Source of the DNA: Alphaproteobacteria bacterium
GTDB taxonomy: Bacteria > Pseudomonadota > Alphaproteobacteria > Bin95
Assembly (NCBI GenBank): GCA_022826185.1
Contig: JAJDVH010000011.1
Span: 1-58,673 of the forward strand
Length of the DNA: 58,673 nt
Direction of reading: 5' to 3'
Shown here: piece by piece, positions 45,956 through 56,412 of the stretch
Layout: each line of letters starts with the position of its first letter
How positions within the stretch are numbered: the stretch's first letter is position 1
The notes under the pieces: generated by a model
What the model was told of the DNA's origin: nothing
Seen by the model: the letters and a program-made list of their open reading frames with translations, nothing else
Databases searched by the model: none
Made by a program: the position numbers and the translations under genes

Positions 45956-47332
45956 CTAGAAGAATTCCAGTCGCACGGCGAACATCTGCTCGACGCGCTT
46001 GAGCACGCCGGTCATGCAAAACAGGACGATCCGGTCTCCCGCGCGGATAATGGTGCGGCCGCGCGGAATGACGACGTCATCGCCCCGCAGGATGGCTCCC
46101 ACGATGGACCCTGCAGGCATCTTCAGCACCCTCAGGTCCTTGTCCGCCACGACGGATGTCTCGAGAATTTCGACCTCCAGCGCCTCGCCGAAATCGTCGC
46201 CGATCGAAAATGCCGCCAGAACGCGCCCCCGGCGGACATGCTGCAGGATCTGGGAGACGGTAATTGCCCGCGGGTTGATGACCACGTCGATGTCCAGCGG
46301 ACTTACGAGCGCGCTATAGGCGGACTTGTTGATGAGCGCGACCGTACGCGACGATCCGGCCCGTTTCGCCAGCAGCGAGGCGAGGATGTTGGTCTCGTCG
46401 TCGTCGGTCAGTGCGATCGTCAGGTCGGCATTTTCGAAATTGGCTTCTTCCAGAAGGTCTTCGGAGAGCGCATCGCCCTGCAACACGGTGGTCCGCCGCA
46501 AGGTATCGGTGAGTTCCGCCGCTTTTTCCCGGTCCCGTTCGATCAGGCGCAGGCGCACATGAGGGAGTTCCTCTTCGATCAGGCTCGCCAGCCGGTGTCC
46601 GATATTGCCGCCTCCGATTATGACCGCGCGCTCGGCCTCTTTTTCCTCATGGCCGAAGGCCGCCATCGCGCGGGCCACATGGGCATTGTCCACGATGAAA
46701 TAGACCTCGTCTCCGACCAGCATCTGATCGCGCGCCTTGGGCACGAAGTTGCGCTCCCCGCGCACAATGCCGACGACATTGATGTTCAGGTCCGGGAACA
46801 GCGCCGTCAGCTGGCGCAGCGGCGTGTTCACGATCGGGCATGAATCGTCGAGGCGGACCCCGATCAGCCTGACCCGCCCGTCTGCAAACGGGATCATTTC
46901 GGTCGCGCCAGGTCTCGACAGTCTGCGCATGATCGCGCTCGCGACCTCGCGCTCGGGAGAAATGATCGTGTCGATGGGCATCCCCTCGCGCGCAAACAGG
47001 TCGGCCCAGTGCCCGTCGAGATAGGACGGACGCCGGATACGGGCGATCTTCGTCGGGATATTGAACATCGAATGCGCGACCTGGCACGCAATCATGTTGA
47101 TTTCGTCGACGAGCGTGACAGCAATCAGCATGTCCGCATCTTCCGCTCCGGCCCGCGCCAGAACGTCGGGGCTGGAAGCGTGGCCGGCCACGGCCTGGAT
47201 ATCCAGGGTCTCGGCCAGTTGCTCGATCAGTTCCGAGGACCGGTCGACGACGGTGACGTCGTTGCGCTCGGCCGCCAGGTAGCGGGCGATATTGATGCCG
47301 ACCTGGCCCGCTCCGCAGATGATTACGCGCAT
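45956..47332 (-). CDS. trkA: Trk system potassium transporter TrkA
   Basis: Two RCK domains (GAGQVG; GGGNIG), 458 aa. Confidence 0.95.
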   Translation of the reverse strand: MRVIICGAGQVGINIARYLAAERNDVTVVDRSSELIEQLAETLDIQAVAGHASSPDVLARAGAEDADMLIAVTLVDEINMIACQVAHSMFNIPTKIARIRRPSYLDGHWADLFAREGMPIDTIISPEREVASAIMRRLSRPGATEMIPFADGRVRLIGVRLDDSCPIVNTPLRQLTALFPDLNINVVGIVRGERNFVPKARDQMLVGDEVYFIVDNAHVARAMAAFGHEEKEAERAVIIGGGNIGHRLASLIEEELPHVRLRLIERDREKAAELTDTLRRTTVLQGDALSEDLLEEANFENADLTIALTDDDETNILASLLAKRAGSSRTVALINKSAYSALVSPLDIDVVINPRAITVSQILQHVRRGRVLAAFSIGDDFGEALEVEILETSVVADKDLRVLKMPAGSIVGAILRGDDVVIPRGRTIIRAGDRIVLFCMTGVLKRVEQMFAVRLEFF

Positions 47333-47342
47333 GGCCGCGGCA

Positions 47343-48725
47343 TCACCCGGGCCGGTTCCGATCGCCGGCCGGCGAAGAATTCAGTCCCTTGAGCTTGCGG
47401 TGCAGCGTCGAGCGGTCCATGCCGATGAATTGCGCCGTTTGGGAAATATTGTTGCCGAAACGGCGCATCTGGGCGAGCAGATATTCACGCTCGAACATGT
47501 CTCGCGCTTCGCGAAGCGGCAGGGACATCATCGCCGCGCCCCCTTCGAAATGCGAGATGACGGGCGCCCCCTCCCGAAGTTCCGTGGGCAGTGCGTCGGC
47601 GCGTATGGGTACGGCGTCGTCGACCGGCCCCAGTATCGAAAGCCGCTCCACGATATTGCGCAACTCCCGGACATTTCCCGGCCAGTCATATGCCTGCAGC
47701 GCCGCCATCGCGTCTTCGGCAACGACCGGCGGAGTCACGCCGGCCTGCTTGGCGAAAAGCTCCAGGAAGTGGTTCACCAGGTGGGGAATGTCCTCACGGC
47801 GCCGCCTGAGGGGCGCGATTCCCACCGGCACGACGTTGAGCCGGTAGAACAGGTCCTGGCGCAGCCGCCCCTGCTCCACCTCCGCTGCGAGGTCGCGGTT
47901 GGAAGTCGCAATGACCCGCACGTCGACACTCACCCGCTGCGATCCGCCGACACGCAGGAATTCCTGTTCCTGAAGGACGCGAACGACCTTCCCCTGGGTC
48001 TCGGGCGGCATGTCAGCGATCTCGTCCAGCAGCAGGGTGCCGCCATGGGCGCGCTCCATCAGGCCGGTCTTTCCTGCGCCCTCCTCGCTGCCGAACAACT
48101 CCTCTTCGAGGCGCCCGGGCGCCATGGTGGCGCAATTGGCCACGATGAACGGCCCTTCGCTTCGGCGCGAACAGAGATGGATCATTCGGGCGGCCACTTC
48201 CTTGCCGCTGCCCGGGGGCCCCTGGATAAGGATGCGGCTGCCCGTCGGCGCGACGCGCTCGATCAGGTTCCGCGTTTGCGCGATTTCCGCCGACTTGCCG
48301 ACCAGTTCCGTAGCGGCGCCCGTATGCAGGCGCAGTTCGGCATTCTCGCGCCGCAGCCGGAAAGCCTCCATCGCGCGGGAAAGAGCCAGGAGCAGCCGGT
48401 CGGTCGTGAACGGCTTTTCGACGAAATCGTAGGCCCCGTCCCGGATCGCCGCCACTGCGGTCTCGATGCTGCCGTGGCCGCTTATCATCAGCACCGGCAG
48501 GTCGGAATGCCGCTTGCGCACATGGCGCAGCAGGTCCATGCCGCTCAGACGGCTGCCCTCCAGCCATACGTCGAGCAACAGGACGGTCGGCTCGCGTTTC
48601 TGCAGCTCCTCCAGCGCCTGGTCGCTGTCGCTGGCGCTGCGCGCTTCGAAGCCTTCGTCTTCCAGCACGCCTGTTATGAGCTGTCGAATGTCTTGCTCGT
48701 CATCGACGATCAGGATGTCATGCAT
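47343..48725 (-). CDS. ntrX: Response regulator NtrX
   Basis: Receiver domain (LLDVWL, ISGHG), AAA+ domain without GAFTGA, HTH; follows ntrY. Confidence 0.92.
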   Translation of the reverse strand: MHDILIVDDEQDIRQLITGVLEDEGFEARSASDSDQALEELQKREPTVLLLDVWLEGSRLSGMDLLRHVRKRHSDLPVLMISGHGSIETAVAAIRDGAYDFVEKPFTTDRLLLALSRAMEAFRLRRENAELRLHTGAATELVGKSAEIAQTRNLIERVAPTGSRILIQGPPGSGKEVAARMIHLCSRRSEGPFIVANCATMAPGRLEEELFGSEEGAGKTGLMERAHGGTLLLDEIADMPPETQGKVVRVLQEQEFLRVGGSQRVSVDVRVIATSNRDLAAEVEQGRLRQDLFYRLNVVPVGIAPLRRRREDIPHLVNHFLELFAKQAGVTPPVVAEDAMAALQAYDWPGNVRELRNIVERLSILGPVDDAVPIRADALPTELREGAPVISHFEGGAAMMSLPLREARDMFEREYLLAQMRRFGNNISQTAQFIGMDRSTLHRKLKGLNSSPAGDRNRPG

Positions 48726-50904
48726 TGTGAAGTCGGCCCCGTTCCGGCTCCATGACGGTTTCGCCGTGTCCGAAAACGATCCGGACACGAGCGCCGCCAG
48801 CCTCGCCATCCTCCAGATGAAGCGCCGCTCCCTGATCCTCGACGATCTTCTGGACGATGGCAAGTCCGAGGCCGGCGCCGCGCCGGCCCTTACTGGTGAC
48901 ATAGGGTTCGGTCAATCGGTGGCGCAAATCCGGCGGAAAGCCCGGCCCGTTATCCTCTACCGTTATTTCCGCGCTTTCGGGCAGTGCCGCCAGCGCAACC
49001 GTTATCCGGCCGCCCCTGTCCTCCAGCGCCTGCGCCGCGTTGAGCAGGAGGTTGGTGATGGCCTGGCCAAGCAGTTGCGGGTCGCAGACCTGCATGACAG
49101 GGCGTTCCGGCAAGCTCATTTCGATTTCGATGCCCTGGGCTGCACCCGTTTGCAGAAAGACCGCCCGGCGCACGACGTCGCCAAGGTCGGCTTCCGCCAG
49201 CACCGGGGCCGGCATACGGGCAAAGGAGGCGAACTCATTGACCATCCGGCGCATGTCGTCCACCTGGCGCACGATGGTGTCGATGCACATCGAGAAGGTC
49301 TCGGGGTCGTCCTCGATCTGGTGGGCATAGCGCCGGCCGAGACGCTCCGCGGCAAGCTGGATGGGCGTGAGCGGATTCTTGATCTCGTGGGCGATGCGGC
49401 GCGCCACATCGGACCACGCGGCTGTCCGCTGCGCAGCCTGCAAGTCCGTGATGTCCGCAAATGTCAGCACGAATCCGCCAGTGCCGCCCGGGGAGGTCTC
49501 GGCCCTCGCACGGACCTGGAAGGTCCGCAATTCGCGCTCGCGCTCGATTTCCACCTCGGTCTCGACGGTGCGGTCCGGGCGTCTCGACGCATCCTCCAGC
49601 GCTGTCCCGAATTCGGGAACGATCTCCGCCAACGGGCGGTCGAGATGCCCGGTCAGGTCCACGCCCAGCAGGTCGGAAGCCACCCTGTTCGGCAAATGCA
49701 CCCGGCGCTCCGCGTCCAGCCCCACCACGCCGACCGCGACGCCGGCGAGCACGGCCTCGGTAAATCGGCGCCGCTCCTCCAGCTCCCGGTTCGCGTCGAT
49801 AAGCGCGGTGCGCTGATGGTCGAGCTGGCTGGTCATGCGGTTGAAGGCCCGGCCGAGCGCATCGATCTCCCCGCGTTCCCTGTCGTTTACCGGCACGCGC
49901 GCGGTCAGGTCTCCGCCGCGCACCCGGTCGGCTGCCGAGATCAGGTTCATGACCGGCTCCGCCAATTGCGCGGCGAGGTTGAAGCCCACCCAGATGGCGG
50001 CGAAGATGAACAGGGCCGCCACGGTCGCGAACATCATCGCGAAGGTGTATTCGATCTGGGTGCGCCGTCCCTCGAAGGCTGCATATTCGGCCACGGCCGA
50101 CCGCACGCGCGTCACCTGGTTGACGACAATCGGGTCCACATACCGTCCGATATAGAGGAAGGTGTCGTTCACGCCCGCGATGCGCAGCAAGGCCCCCAGG
50201 CGGTCTCCGTCCCGGTCTTCGACGATGGCGACCTCCCCGCGCCGGGCGGCCTTCAGCGCCCACTCGGGGACGGGCGAGAACACCGCCCCGAACGAGAACA
50301 TCGAGCGTGCGAGAACGCGCCCCCCGGCATGCAGCACCTGGGCGTCGGAAAGCGAACGCGCGCTCGCATGCGCCTCCAGCACATTCTCCAGGCGGCGGGT
50401 ATTGGCGAACAATTGCGGCCCGCCCCGACTGAGGTCGTTCGCCATTGCAAACGCATCGGCGACGACCACGCGCCTGTGCTCCTCCACATAGGCCTGGGCG
50501 ACGACCAGGGACCGCTCGAGAGCGGTCTGCACCCTCTGGCTGAACCAGCCCTGCAGCCCGTAGTGGAAGAAGAGCACGGTAAACAGCGCAACGAGCGCCG
50601 TCGGCACGAGCGCAACGACGGTGAACAGCACGGCGAGGCGCACATGGAGCTGGGAGCCGCCCCGCCTGCGCCGCCGCGCGCGCCAGAGCGCCACGACCCG
50701 GTATCCGACCACCGTCGCCAGCAGCACCAGCAGGACGAGATCGACGACGAGCAGGACGACGACATTCTGCACGGTCGGCGGAATGACGGGCACCGTGCCG
50801 GTCATCACCAGATAGGTGAGCACGCCCGAAAACGCCGCGAGACCGGCGAACGCGAAGGCGGCCCATCTCCGCATGACCGGGCGATTCCCGAATCGCCGCA
50901 GCAT
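48718..50904 (-). CDS. ntrY: Sensor histidine kinase NtrY
   Basis: TM helices, [24 protein letters not shown] and HATPase boxes. Confidence 0.93.
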   Translation of the reverse strand: MLRRFGNRPVMRRWAAFAFAGLAAFSGVLTYLVMTGTVPVIPPTVQNVVVLLVVDLVLLVLLATVVGYRVVALWRARRRRRGGSQLHVRLAVLFTVVALVPTALVALFTVLFFHYGLQGWFSQRVQTALERSLVVAQAYVEEHRRVVVADAFAMANDLSRGGPQLFANTRRLENVLEAHASARSLSDAQVLHAGGRVLARSMFSFGAVFSPVPEWALKAARRGEVAIVEDRDGDRLGALLRIAGVNDTFLYIGRYVDPIVVNQVTRVRSAVAEYAAFEGRRTQIEYTFAMMFATVAALFIFAAIWVGFNLAAQLAEPVMNLISAADRVRGGDLTARVPVNDRERGEIDALGRAFNRMTSQLDHQRTALIDANRELEERRRFTEAVLAGVAVGVVGLDAERRVHLPNRVASDLLGVDLTGHLDRPLAEIVPEFGTALEDASRRPDRTVETEVEIERERELRTFQVRARAETSPGGTGGFVLTFADITDLQAAQRTAAWSDVARRIAHEIKNPLTPIQLAAERLGRRYAHQIEDDPETFSMCIDTIVRQVDDMRRMVNEFASFARMPAPVLAEADLGDVVRRAVFLQTGAAQGIEIEMSLPERPVMQVCDPQLLGQAITNLLLNAAQALEDRGGRITVALAALPESAEITVEDNGPGFPPDLRHRLTEPYVTSKGRRGAGLGLAIVQKIVEDQGAALHLEDGEAGGARVRIVFGHGETVMEPERGRLHNA

Positions 50905-52352
50905 CAGCGCAGGCCGCGGACCACCGGAATCTCCAGATACCGGATCTTCTTGCGCAGCGTGTTCCGGTTGAGGCCGAGGATTTCGGCGGACCTAATCTGG
51001 TTGCCGTTGGTCGCCGCCAGGCAATGCTGGATCAGCGGCCGCTCCACCTCGCGGAGGATGCGTTCGTAGAGGCCGGGCTCCGGCAGGCCGTCGCTGTCGA
51101 GCGGGAAGTGCCGGCGCAGGTGCACATCCACCGCTTCGCCGAGCGATTCCGCCCGTTCGACGGGCGCCGGCATGTCGTCCGATGCTTCCTCCGCGATCTC
51201 CGCCAGTTCCGCTTCCACGATTTCGTCGCCGACCGTGTCCTGGGGATAAAGGGCGGCGATCCTGCGGATAAGGTTTTCGAGTTCGCGCACATTGCCCGGC
51301 CAGGAATAGGCGCGCAGGCGGCGCATCGCTTCGCTGTCGATCGTCTTGGCGCCGAGGCCCTCGCGGCGCGCGACGGCAAGGAAATGGGCGACGAGTTCCG
51401 GGATGTCCTCGCGGCGCTGGCGCAGGGGCGGCACGCGCAGCGGCACGACGTTCAGCCGGTAGAAGAGGTCTTCGCGAAACAGGCCCTGCCGGATGGAGAG
51501 GCGCAGGTCGCGATGGGTCGCCGCCACGATGCGGACATTGGCGCGGAGCGGCTGCCGGCCGCCGACCCGCGTGTATTCGCCCTCCTGCAGCACGCGCAGC
51601 AGCCGGGTCTGCGCTTCCATCGGCATGTCGCCGATCTCGTCGAGGAAGAGCGTGCCGCCTTCCGCCTGCTCGAAACGCCCGGCCATGCGCTGCGAGGCGC
51701 CGGTGAAGGCCCCGCGCTCATGCCCGAACAGCTCCGCCTCGATGAGGTCCTTCGGGATCGCGGCCATGTTGATGGCGACGAACGGTCCGTTGCGCCGGGC
51801 GCCGTAGTCGTGCAGGGCGCGTGCGATCAGCTCCTTCCCCGTCCCCGACTCGCCGGTGATCGTCACCGTGAGGTCCACGCCGACCAGCCGCGCGACGACC
51901 CGGTAGATTTCCTGCATGGCCGGGGACCGGCCGATCAGGGGCAGGCGGCCGGCTTCGTCCTCCTCCCGCTCGACCGGCGGGTCGGCCAGCGGCGCGCTCA
52001 GCGCGCGCTGCACGATGCCGATCAGCTCGGCAATGTCGAACGGCTTGGGCAGATATTCGAACGCGCCCCGCTCCGCCGCCGTCACGGCCGTCTGTAAGGT
52101 CGATCTGGCGCTCATCACGATCACGCGCAGTTCCGGCCTTCGCCGGCGGATCCGCGGCACCAGGTCCAGGCCGTTCTCGTCCGGCATCACCACATCGGTA
52201 ATCACCAGGTCGCCCTCGCCGTCCTGCACCCAGTGCCAGAGGGTGGCGGCGTTGCTGGTCGCCTTCACCTCGTAGCCAGCCCGTCCGAGCGCATGGCTGA
52301 GCACGGTGCGCACGGCGCGGTCGTCATCGGCGACAAGAACGGTGGCGTTCAC
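50904..52352 (-). CDS. ntrC: Nitrogen regulation protein NtrC
   Basis: Receiver domain, [14 protein letters not shown] and HTH ([12 protein letters not shown]). Confidence 0.96.
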   Translation of the reverse strand: MNATVLVADDDRAVRTVLSHALGRAGYEVKATSNAATLWHWVQDGEGDLVITDVVMPDENGLDLVPRIRRRRPELRVIVMSARSTLQTAVTAAERGAFEYLPKPFDIAELIGIVQRALSAPLADPPVEREEDEAGRLPLIGRSPAMQEIYRVVARLVGVDLTVTITGESGTGKELIARALHDYGARRNGPFVAINMAAIPKDLIEAELFGHERGAFTGASQRMAGRFEQAEGGTLFLDEIGDMPMEAQTRLLRVLQEGEYTRVGGRQPLRANVRIVAATHRDLRLSIRQGLFREDLFYRLNVVPLRVPPLRQRREDIPELVAHFLAVARREGLGAKTIDSEAMRRLRAYSWPGNVRELENLIRRIAALYPQDTVGDEIVEAELAEIAEEASDDMPAPVERAESLGEAVDVHLRRHFPLDSDGLPEPGLYERILREVERPLIQHCLAATNGNQIRSAEILGLNRNTLRKKIRYLEIPVVRGLR

Positions 52353-53425
52353 CGCACACCTCCTTCCTCGATATCTACAGGCAGCAGCACGCGAAAGACA
52401 GTGCGCCGGGGCTCGCTCTCGAATGCGACCGCGCCGGCATGCTCGTCCACGATCTTGGCGACGAGCGCGAGGCCGAGCCCCTGCCCTCCCTGCCGGCCGG
52501 TCACGAACGGGTCGAACAGCGTCCTGTGCAGCTCCTCGGGAATGCCGCGGCCATTGTCCTGCACGGACACCTCAAGCGGCAGATGCACGCGCCTGCCGCT
52601 TCCCGAAACCGCAAGCCTCTCGCCGTGGCGAAACACTGTGCGGAGCAGAATCTCGCCGCCCTCTCCCGGGCAGGCTTCGGCCGCGTTCTTCACCAGGTTG
52701 AGAAACACCTGCACCAGCCGGTCATGGTCGCCCGGAACCGGGGGCAGGGACGGGTCATACTCCTCCACGAACGCGATTCCGGAAGCGAAACCGGCCTCGG
52801 AAACCCTGCGCACCCGGTTCAGGACCTCGTGGATATTGACGGGCTTGCGGTCCAGCCCCTCGGGCCCGGCGAACGCCTCCATCCGGTTGACCAGCGCCGC
52901 CACCCGGTCCGCCTCGTCGCGGATCAGCGCGGCCAGTTCCCGGTCGCCGGCATCGACATTCGCCTCGATAAGCTGGGCCGCCCCCCGGATTCCGGCGAGC
53001 GGGTTCTTGATCTCGTGGGCGAGCAGGGCCGCCATGCCCCCGACCGACCGCGCCGCGCCGCGGTGCGCGAGATGCCGGTCGATCTCGCGCGCCAGCGTCA
53101 TCGGCACAAGCATGACGGCGACGACGCCCGGATCGTCGCTGACGGGCGACAATTGCGCGACGACCACGGGCAGCTTCACGCGCGGCGTCTCGATGGAGAC
53201 CTCGTATTCGGTGAGGTTGACATCCTGTTCGCGCACGGTCTCGATCATGCCGAACAGGGGGTGGTCCGCCGGCAGGATGCGGCTCAGGGGCCGGCCCAAG
53301 GCCTGGGGCGCACCGGTATTGAGAAGACTCTCGGCCGCCGGGTTGAAAGAGGTGACCCTGCCGGCGCGGTCAACTGTAAGCACCGCCGCGTTGAGGGCGG
53401 AGAGTATGGCCGCCGCGCCTGTCAT
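52349..53425 (-). CDS. ntrB: Nitrogen regulation histidine kinase NtrB
   Basis: [27 protein letters not shown] and HATPase motifs. Confidence 0.95.
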   Translation of the reverse strand: MTGAAAILSALNAAVLTVDRAGRVTSFNPAAESLLNTGAPQALGRPLSRILPADHPLFGMIETVREQDVNLTEYEVSIETPRVKLPVVVAQLSPVSDDPGVVAVMLVPMTLAREIDRHLAHRGAARSVGGMAALLAHEIKNPLAGIRGAAQLIEANVDAGDRELAALIRDEADRVAALVNRMEAFAGPEGLDRKPVNIHEVLNRVRRVSEAGFASGIAFVEEYDPSLPPVPGDHDRLVQVFLNLVKNAAEACPGEGGEILLRTVFRHGERLAVSGSGRRVHLPLEVSVQDNGRGIPEELHRTLFDPFVTGRQGGQGLGLALVAKIVDEHAGAVAFESEPRRTVFRVLLPVDIEEGGVR

Positions 53426-53686
53426 GAGTCCTCGAATTGCCTACTTTGTCACCAACATAGTGATTGCATAAATGATAATCAGTCAAGGGATGGCACCTTA
53501 GTGTCCGGATGTCGATGTCAAGGGTATCAGGAAAATGCTTGCGGGCTCCCGGCCGATTGTGTATATACAGACTGCTGCTCTAGTGCGGCATCTGCTGCAG
53601 CGGCAGAAACAGATGATAGAATCGAAAGGTATTCATAAGGTGATCGTCATGTCCCTCAACCACCATAATGAAAGGAAACAGGACGG

Positions 53687-53989
53687 ATGTGTATTGGAGA
53701 AGATTTCGAATGGGACGATGTTAAATTAGAAGCGAATATAACCAAGCACGGAATCGATTTCACGGACGCAATCGGGATATTCTCCAGCTTCATACGGGAA
53801 ACACGATCTGTTAAGTCAGATGAAGTTCGATGGAAGGCAACCGGTTACTGTGAAGGCATACCACTCACGGTGATCTATACATGGAGAGGCCGCAGGCGCC
53901 GGATCATTTCGGCCAGGCGGGCGAAGCGAAATGAGCGAAAAGAATATCACTTCGATGAGTCTCAGCGAGGCCCTCCTCCGGAGGGGTGA
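53687..53989 (+). CDS. BrnT family toxin
   Basis: FEWD..K...N..KHGIDF and RIISARRA motifs. Confidence 0.88.
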   Translation: MCIGEDFEWDDVKLEANITKHGIDFTDAIGIFSSFIRETRSVKSDEVRWKATGYCEGIPLTVIYTWRGRRRRIISARRAKRNERKEYHFDESQRGPPPEG

Positions 53990-54257
53990 CAGCAGGACCG
54001 ACTGGGACCGTCTCCGCCGGGAAGAGGCCGCCGGGGTCGATCCCGAAGCCGATCCCGACGAGGGCGAATTCGACGAGTCCACGGCCAGGTTCGTCGAGCC
54101 TGGCCGGAAACAGGCGATTTCGGTCCGGCTGGACCCTGACATTCTTGAATTCTTCAAGGCGGACGGGCCCGGATACCAGACCCGCATGAATGCGGCCCTG
54201 CGGCTCTACATGAACAGTTGCCGGGAACGCACCCGCGCGAAAGAGGCCGCTTCCTGA
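53931..54257 (+). CDS. BrnA family antitoxin
   Basis: TDWDRL and KQAISVRLDPDILEFFKADGPGYQTRMNAALR motifs. Confidence 0.9.
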   Translation: MSEKNITSMSLSEALLRRGDSRTDWDRLRREEAAGVDPEADPDEGEFDESTARFVEPGRKQAISVRLDPDILEFFKADGPGYQTRMNAALRLYMNSCRERTRAKEAAS

Positions 54258-54302
54258 GAAACCTGCGAATGCGGCGGCGCGGAAGCTGTATGCTCTCCCG
54301 CC

Positions 54303-55427
54303 ATGCGGGACCGTATCGCCCTTATCGTTGCAGCCGGCCGGGGAACGCGCTTCGGCGGCCCTTTGCCCAAGCAGTATCTGCCCTTCGGGGATACGACCGT
54401 CCTGGGCGCCGCCGCGATGGCGCTCCGCCCGTTCATGCCGGTCGCCTGCGTCATCCACCCCGACGATCTGGAGCGGTACCGCTCGGCAACCGCCGGGCTC
54501 GACCTGCTGCCCCCGGTCTTCGGCGGGCCGGACCGGCAGGCAAGCGTTCGCAACGGCCTGGAGGCGTTTGCTGACAATCCGCCTGAACATGTTCTGGTCC
54601 ACGACGCCGCGCGCCCGGACCTTCCGGCGGCGGTCGTCCGGCGGATACTCGCTGCGCTGGAGGCGCATGATGGAGCCGCTCCGGGCCTGGCGGTCGCCGA
54701 CACGCTGAAGCGGGTCGAAGACGGCCGGTCCGTCGGCACCGTCTCCCGCGACGGCCTCTGGCGAATCCAGACGCCCCAGGCGTTCCGGTTCGCCGCCCTG
54801 CTTGAAGCGCACAGGCAGGCCGCGCCCGCCGCATTTTCCGACGACACGGCGCTTGCCGAGGCCGCCGGCCTCCGCATCGCCGTCGTGCAGGGAGACGCAA
54901 GGCTCGAAAAAGTGACCGGTCCCGACGATGCCGCAAGGCTCTCGGGACCCGACATTCGCACCGGCCACGGCTTCGACGTCCACCGTCTGGTGCCCGGCGA
55001 CAGCGTCACGCTCTGCGGCGTCCGCATCCCGCACGACAAGGCGCTTTCCGGCCATTCCGACGCCGATGTCGGCATGCACGCGCTCACCGACGCGATCCTC
55101 GGCGCGTTGGCCGAGGGCGACATCGGGCAGCACTTTCCGCCAAGCGACCCGGAATGGCGCGGCGCGGCCTCCGGGATTTTCCTCGCCCGCGCGCAGGAGA
55201 TGGCGGCGGCGCGGGGCGCGCGCATCCTGCATTGCGATGTGACGCTGGTCTGCGAGGCGCCGAAAATCAGCCCCCACAGAGCCGCCATGCGCGCCGAGCT
55301 CGCCCGCATCCTGGCGCTTCCGGTCGACCGGGTGTCGGTCAAGGCGACGACTTCGGAGAAGCTGGGCTTCACCGGACGCGGCGAAGGCATAGCCGCCCAG
55401 GCGACGGCAACCCTGGCGCTGCCGTGA
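54303..55427 (+). CDS. ispDF: Bifunctional IspD/IspF
   Basis: AAGRGTRFG, PKQY, VHDAARP, QTPQ, then GFDVH, GHSDADV and KATTSEKLG. Confidence 0.96.
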   Translation: MRDRIALIVAAGRGTRFGGPLPKQYLPFGDTTVLGAAAMALRPFMPVACVIHPDDLERYRSATAGLDLLPPVFGGPDRQASVRNGLEAFADNPPEHVLVHDAARPDLPAAVVRRILAALEAHDGAAPGLAVADTLKRVEDGRSVGTVSRDGLWRIQTPQAFRFAALLEAHRQAAPAAFSDDTALAEAAGLRIAVVQGDARLEKVTGPDDAARLSGPDIRTGHGFDVHRLVPGDSVTLCGVRIPHDKALSGHSDADVGMHALTDAILGALAEGDIGQHFPPSDPEWRGAASGIFLARAQEMAAARGARILHCDVTLVCEAPKISPHRAAMRAELARILALPVDRVSVKATTSEKLGFTGRGEGIAAQATATLALP

Positions 55428-55894
55428 AGTGGGAACGCCCCGTCGCCACCGTCTTCGGGCTGGGCCTTCTGCCCGGGGCGCCGGGCAGCTGGGCTTCGCT
55501 GGCCGCCCTGCCGCCTGCATGGGCGATTGTCTGGGCGGGCGGCCCCTGGGCGCTGGCTGGCGCAGCGGCGCTGGTCGGGATCGCGGGCTGCCGCGCGGCC
55601 ACGGCGTATGAACGGGCGACGGGCGAGCGGGACGCCAGCGCGGTTGTCGTCGATGAGGTCGCGGGACAATGGCTGGTGCTGGCGACGTTGCCGCTCGACC
55701 TCCTCGCCTACGCTCTCGGCTTCGCCGCATTCCGCCTCTTCGACATGGCCAAGCCGCCGCCGATAGGATGGATCGAGAGAAAGATATCGGGAGGACCCGG
55801 CGTGATGGCGGACGATATTGCGGCGGCGGTCTGCGCAGCCGCACTGCTCCATCTTGCCGACTGGGGGTTGGGCGATGGCGTTCTTTTCCGCTGA
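55424..55894 (+). CDS. pgpA: Phosphatidylglycerophosphatase A
   Basis: APGSWAS, VVDEVAGQ, FRLFDMAKP and GVMADD motifs. Confidence 0.92.
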   Translation: MKWERPVATVFGLGLLPGAPGSWASLAALPPAWAIVWAGGPWALAGAAALVGIAGCRAATAYERATGERDASAVVVDEVAGQWLVLATLPLDLLAYALGFAAFRLFDMAKPPPIGWIERKISGGPGVMADDIAAAVCAAALLHLADWGLGDGVLFR

Positions 55895-56384
55895 ACTGCT
55901 TGAAGCGACGGAAGCTCTGCTCGATGCGTGCCGCAGCGAAGGGCTTCGGCTGACGACGGCCGAATCCTGCACCGGGGGCCTCATTGCCTCGCTGCTGACC
56001 GAGATACCCGGTTCCTCCGACGTCGTCGGGCGCGGCTTCGTCACCTATTCCAACGAGGCCAAGCAGGACATGCTCGGCGTGCGGGCCGAAACGCTCGCCG
56101 CCCATGGCGCGGTCAGCGGCGAAACGGCGCGAGAAATGGCATCCGGCGCGCTCGCCCGCGCCGGCCCGGACGCCCATTTCGCCGTCGCCGTTACCGGCGT
56201 GGCCGGCCCGGGCGGCGGTTCGGTCGAGAAGCCCGTCGGCACCGTATGGCTTGCAGTCGCATCCGCCGGGGGCGAAACCGTGGCATCGAAGCACACGCTC
56301 GACGGCGACCGCGCGGAGATTCGCCGCGCCGCGGTCGAATGTGCGGTAACAATGCTCCGCTCGGCTGTAGAGCGGGACGTTTGA
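55875..56384 (+). CDS. CinA/PncC family NMN deamidase
   Basis: AESCTGG, TYSNEAK, HGAVS, TGVAGPGGG and KPVGTV motifs. Confidence 0.92.
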   Translation: MAFFSAELLEATEALLDACRSEGLRLTTAESCTGGLIASLLTEIPGSSDVVGRGFVTYSNEAKQDMLGVRAETLAAHGAVSGETAREMASGALARAGPDAHFAVAVTGVAGPGGGSVEKPVGTVWLAVASAGGETVASKHTLDGDRAEIRRAAVECAVTMLRSAVERDV

Positions 56385-56412
56385 CGACATTCCAGAACAC
56401 AAGGATGAATCG

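Noticed and set aside
45956-47332. trkA without an adjacent trkH
   Set aside because: A split trk arrangement is ordinary in Alphaproteobacteria.
47343-48725. Missing GAFTGA in the sigma54-type regulator
   Set aside because: A known property of NtrX proteins, not a defect.
53440-53510. NtrC boxes or a sigma54 promoter upstream of ntrB/brnT
   Set aside because: Only partial matches: TGGCAC without a properly spaced TTGC, and no clean TGCAC-N7-GTGCA.
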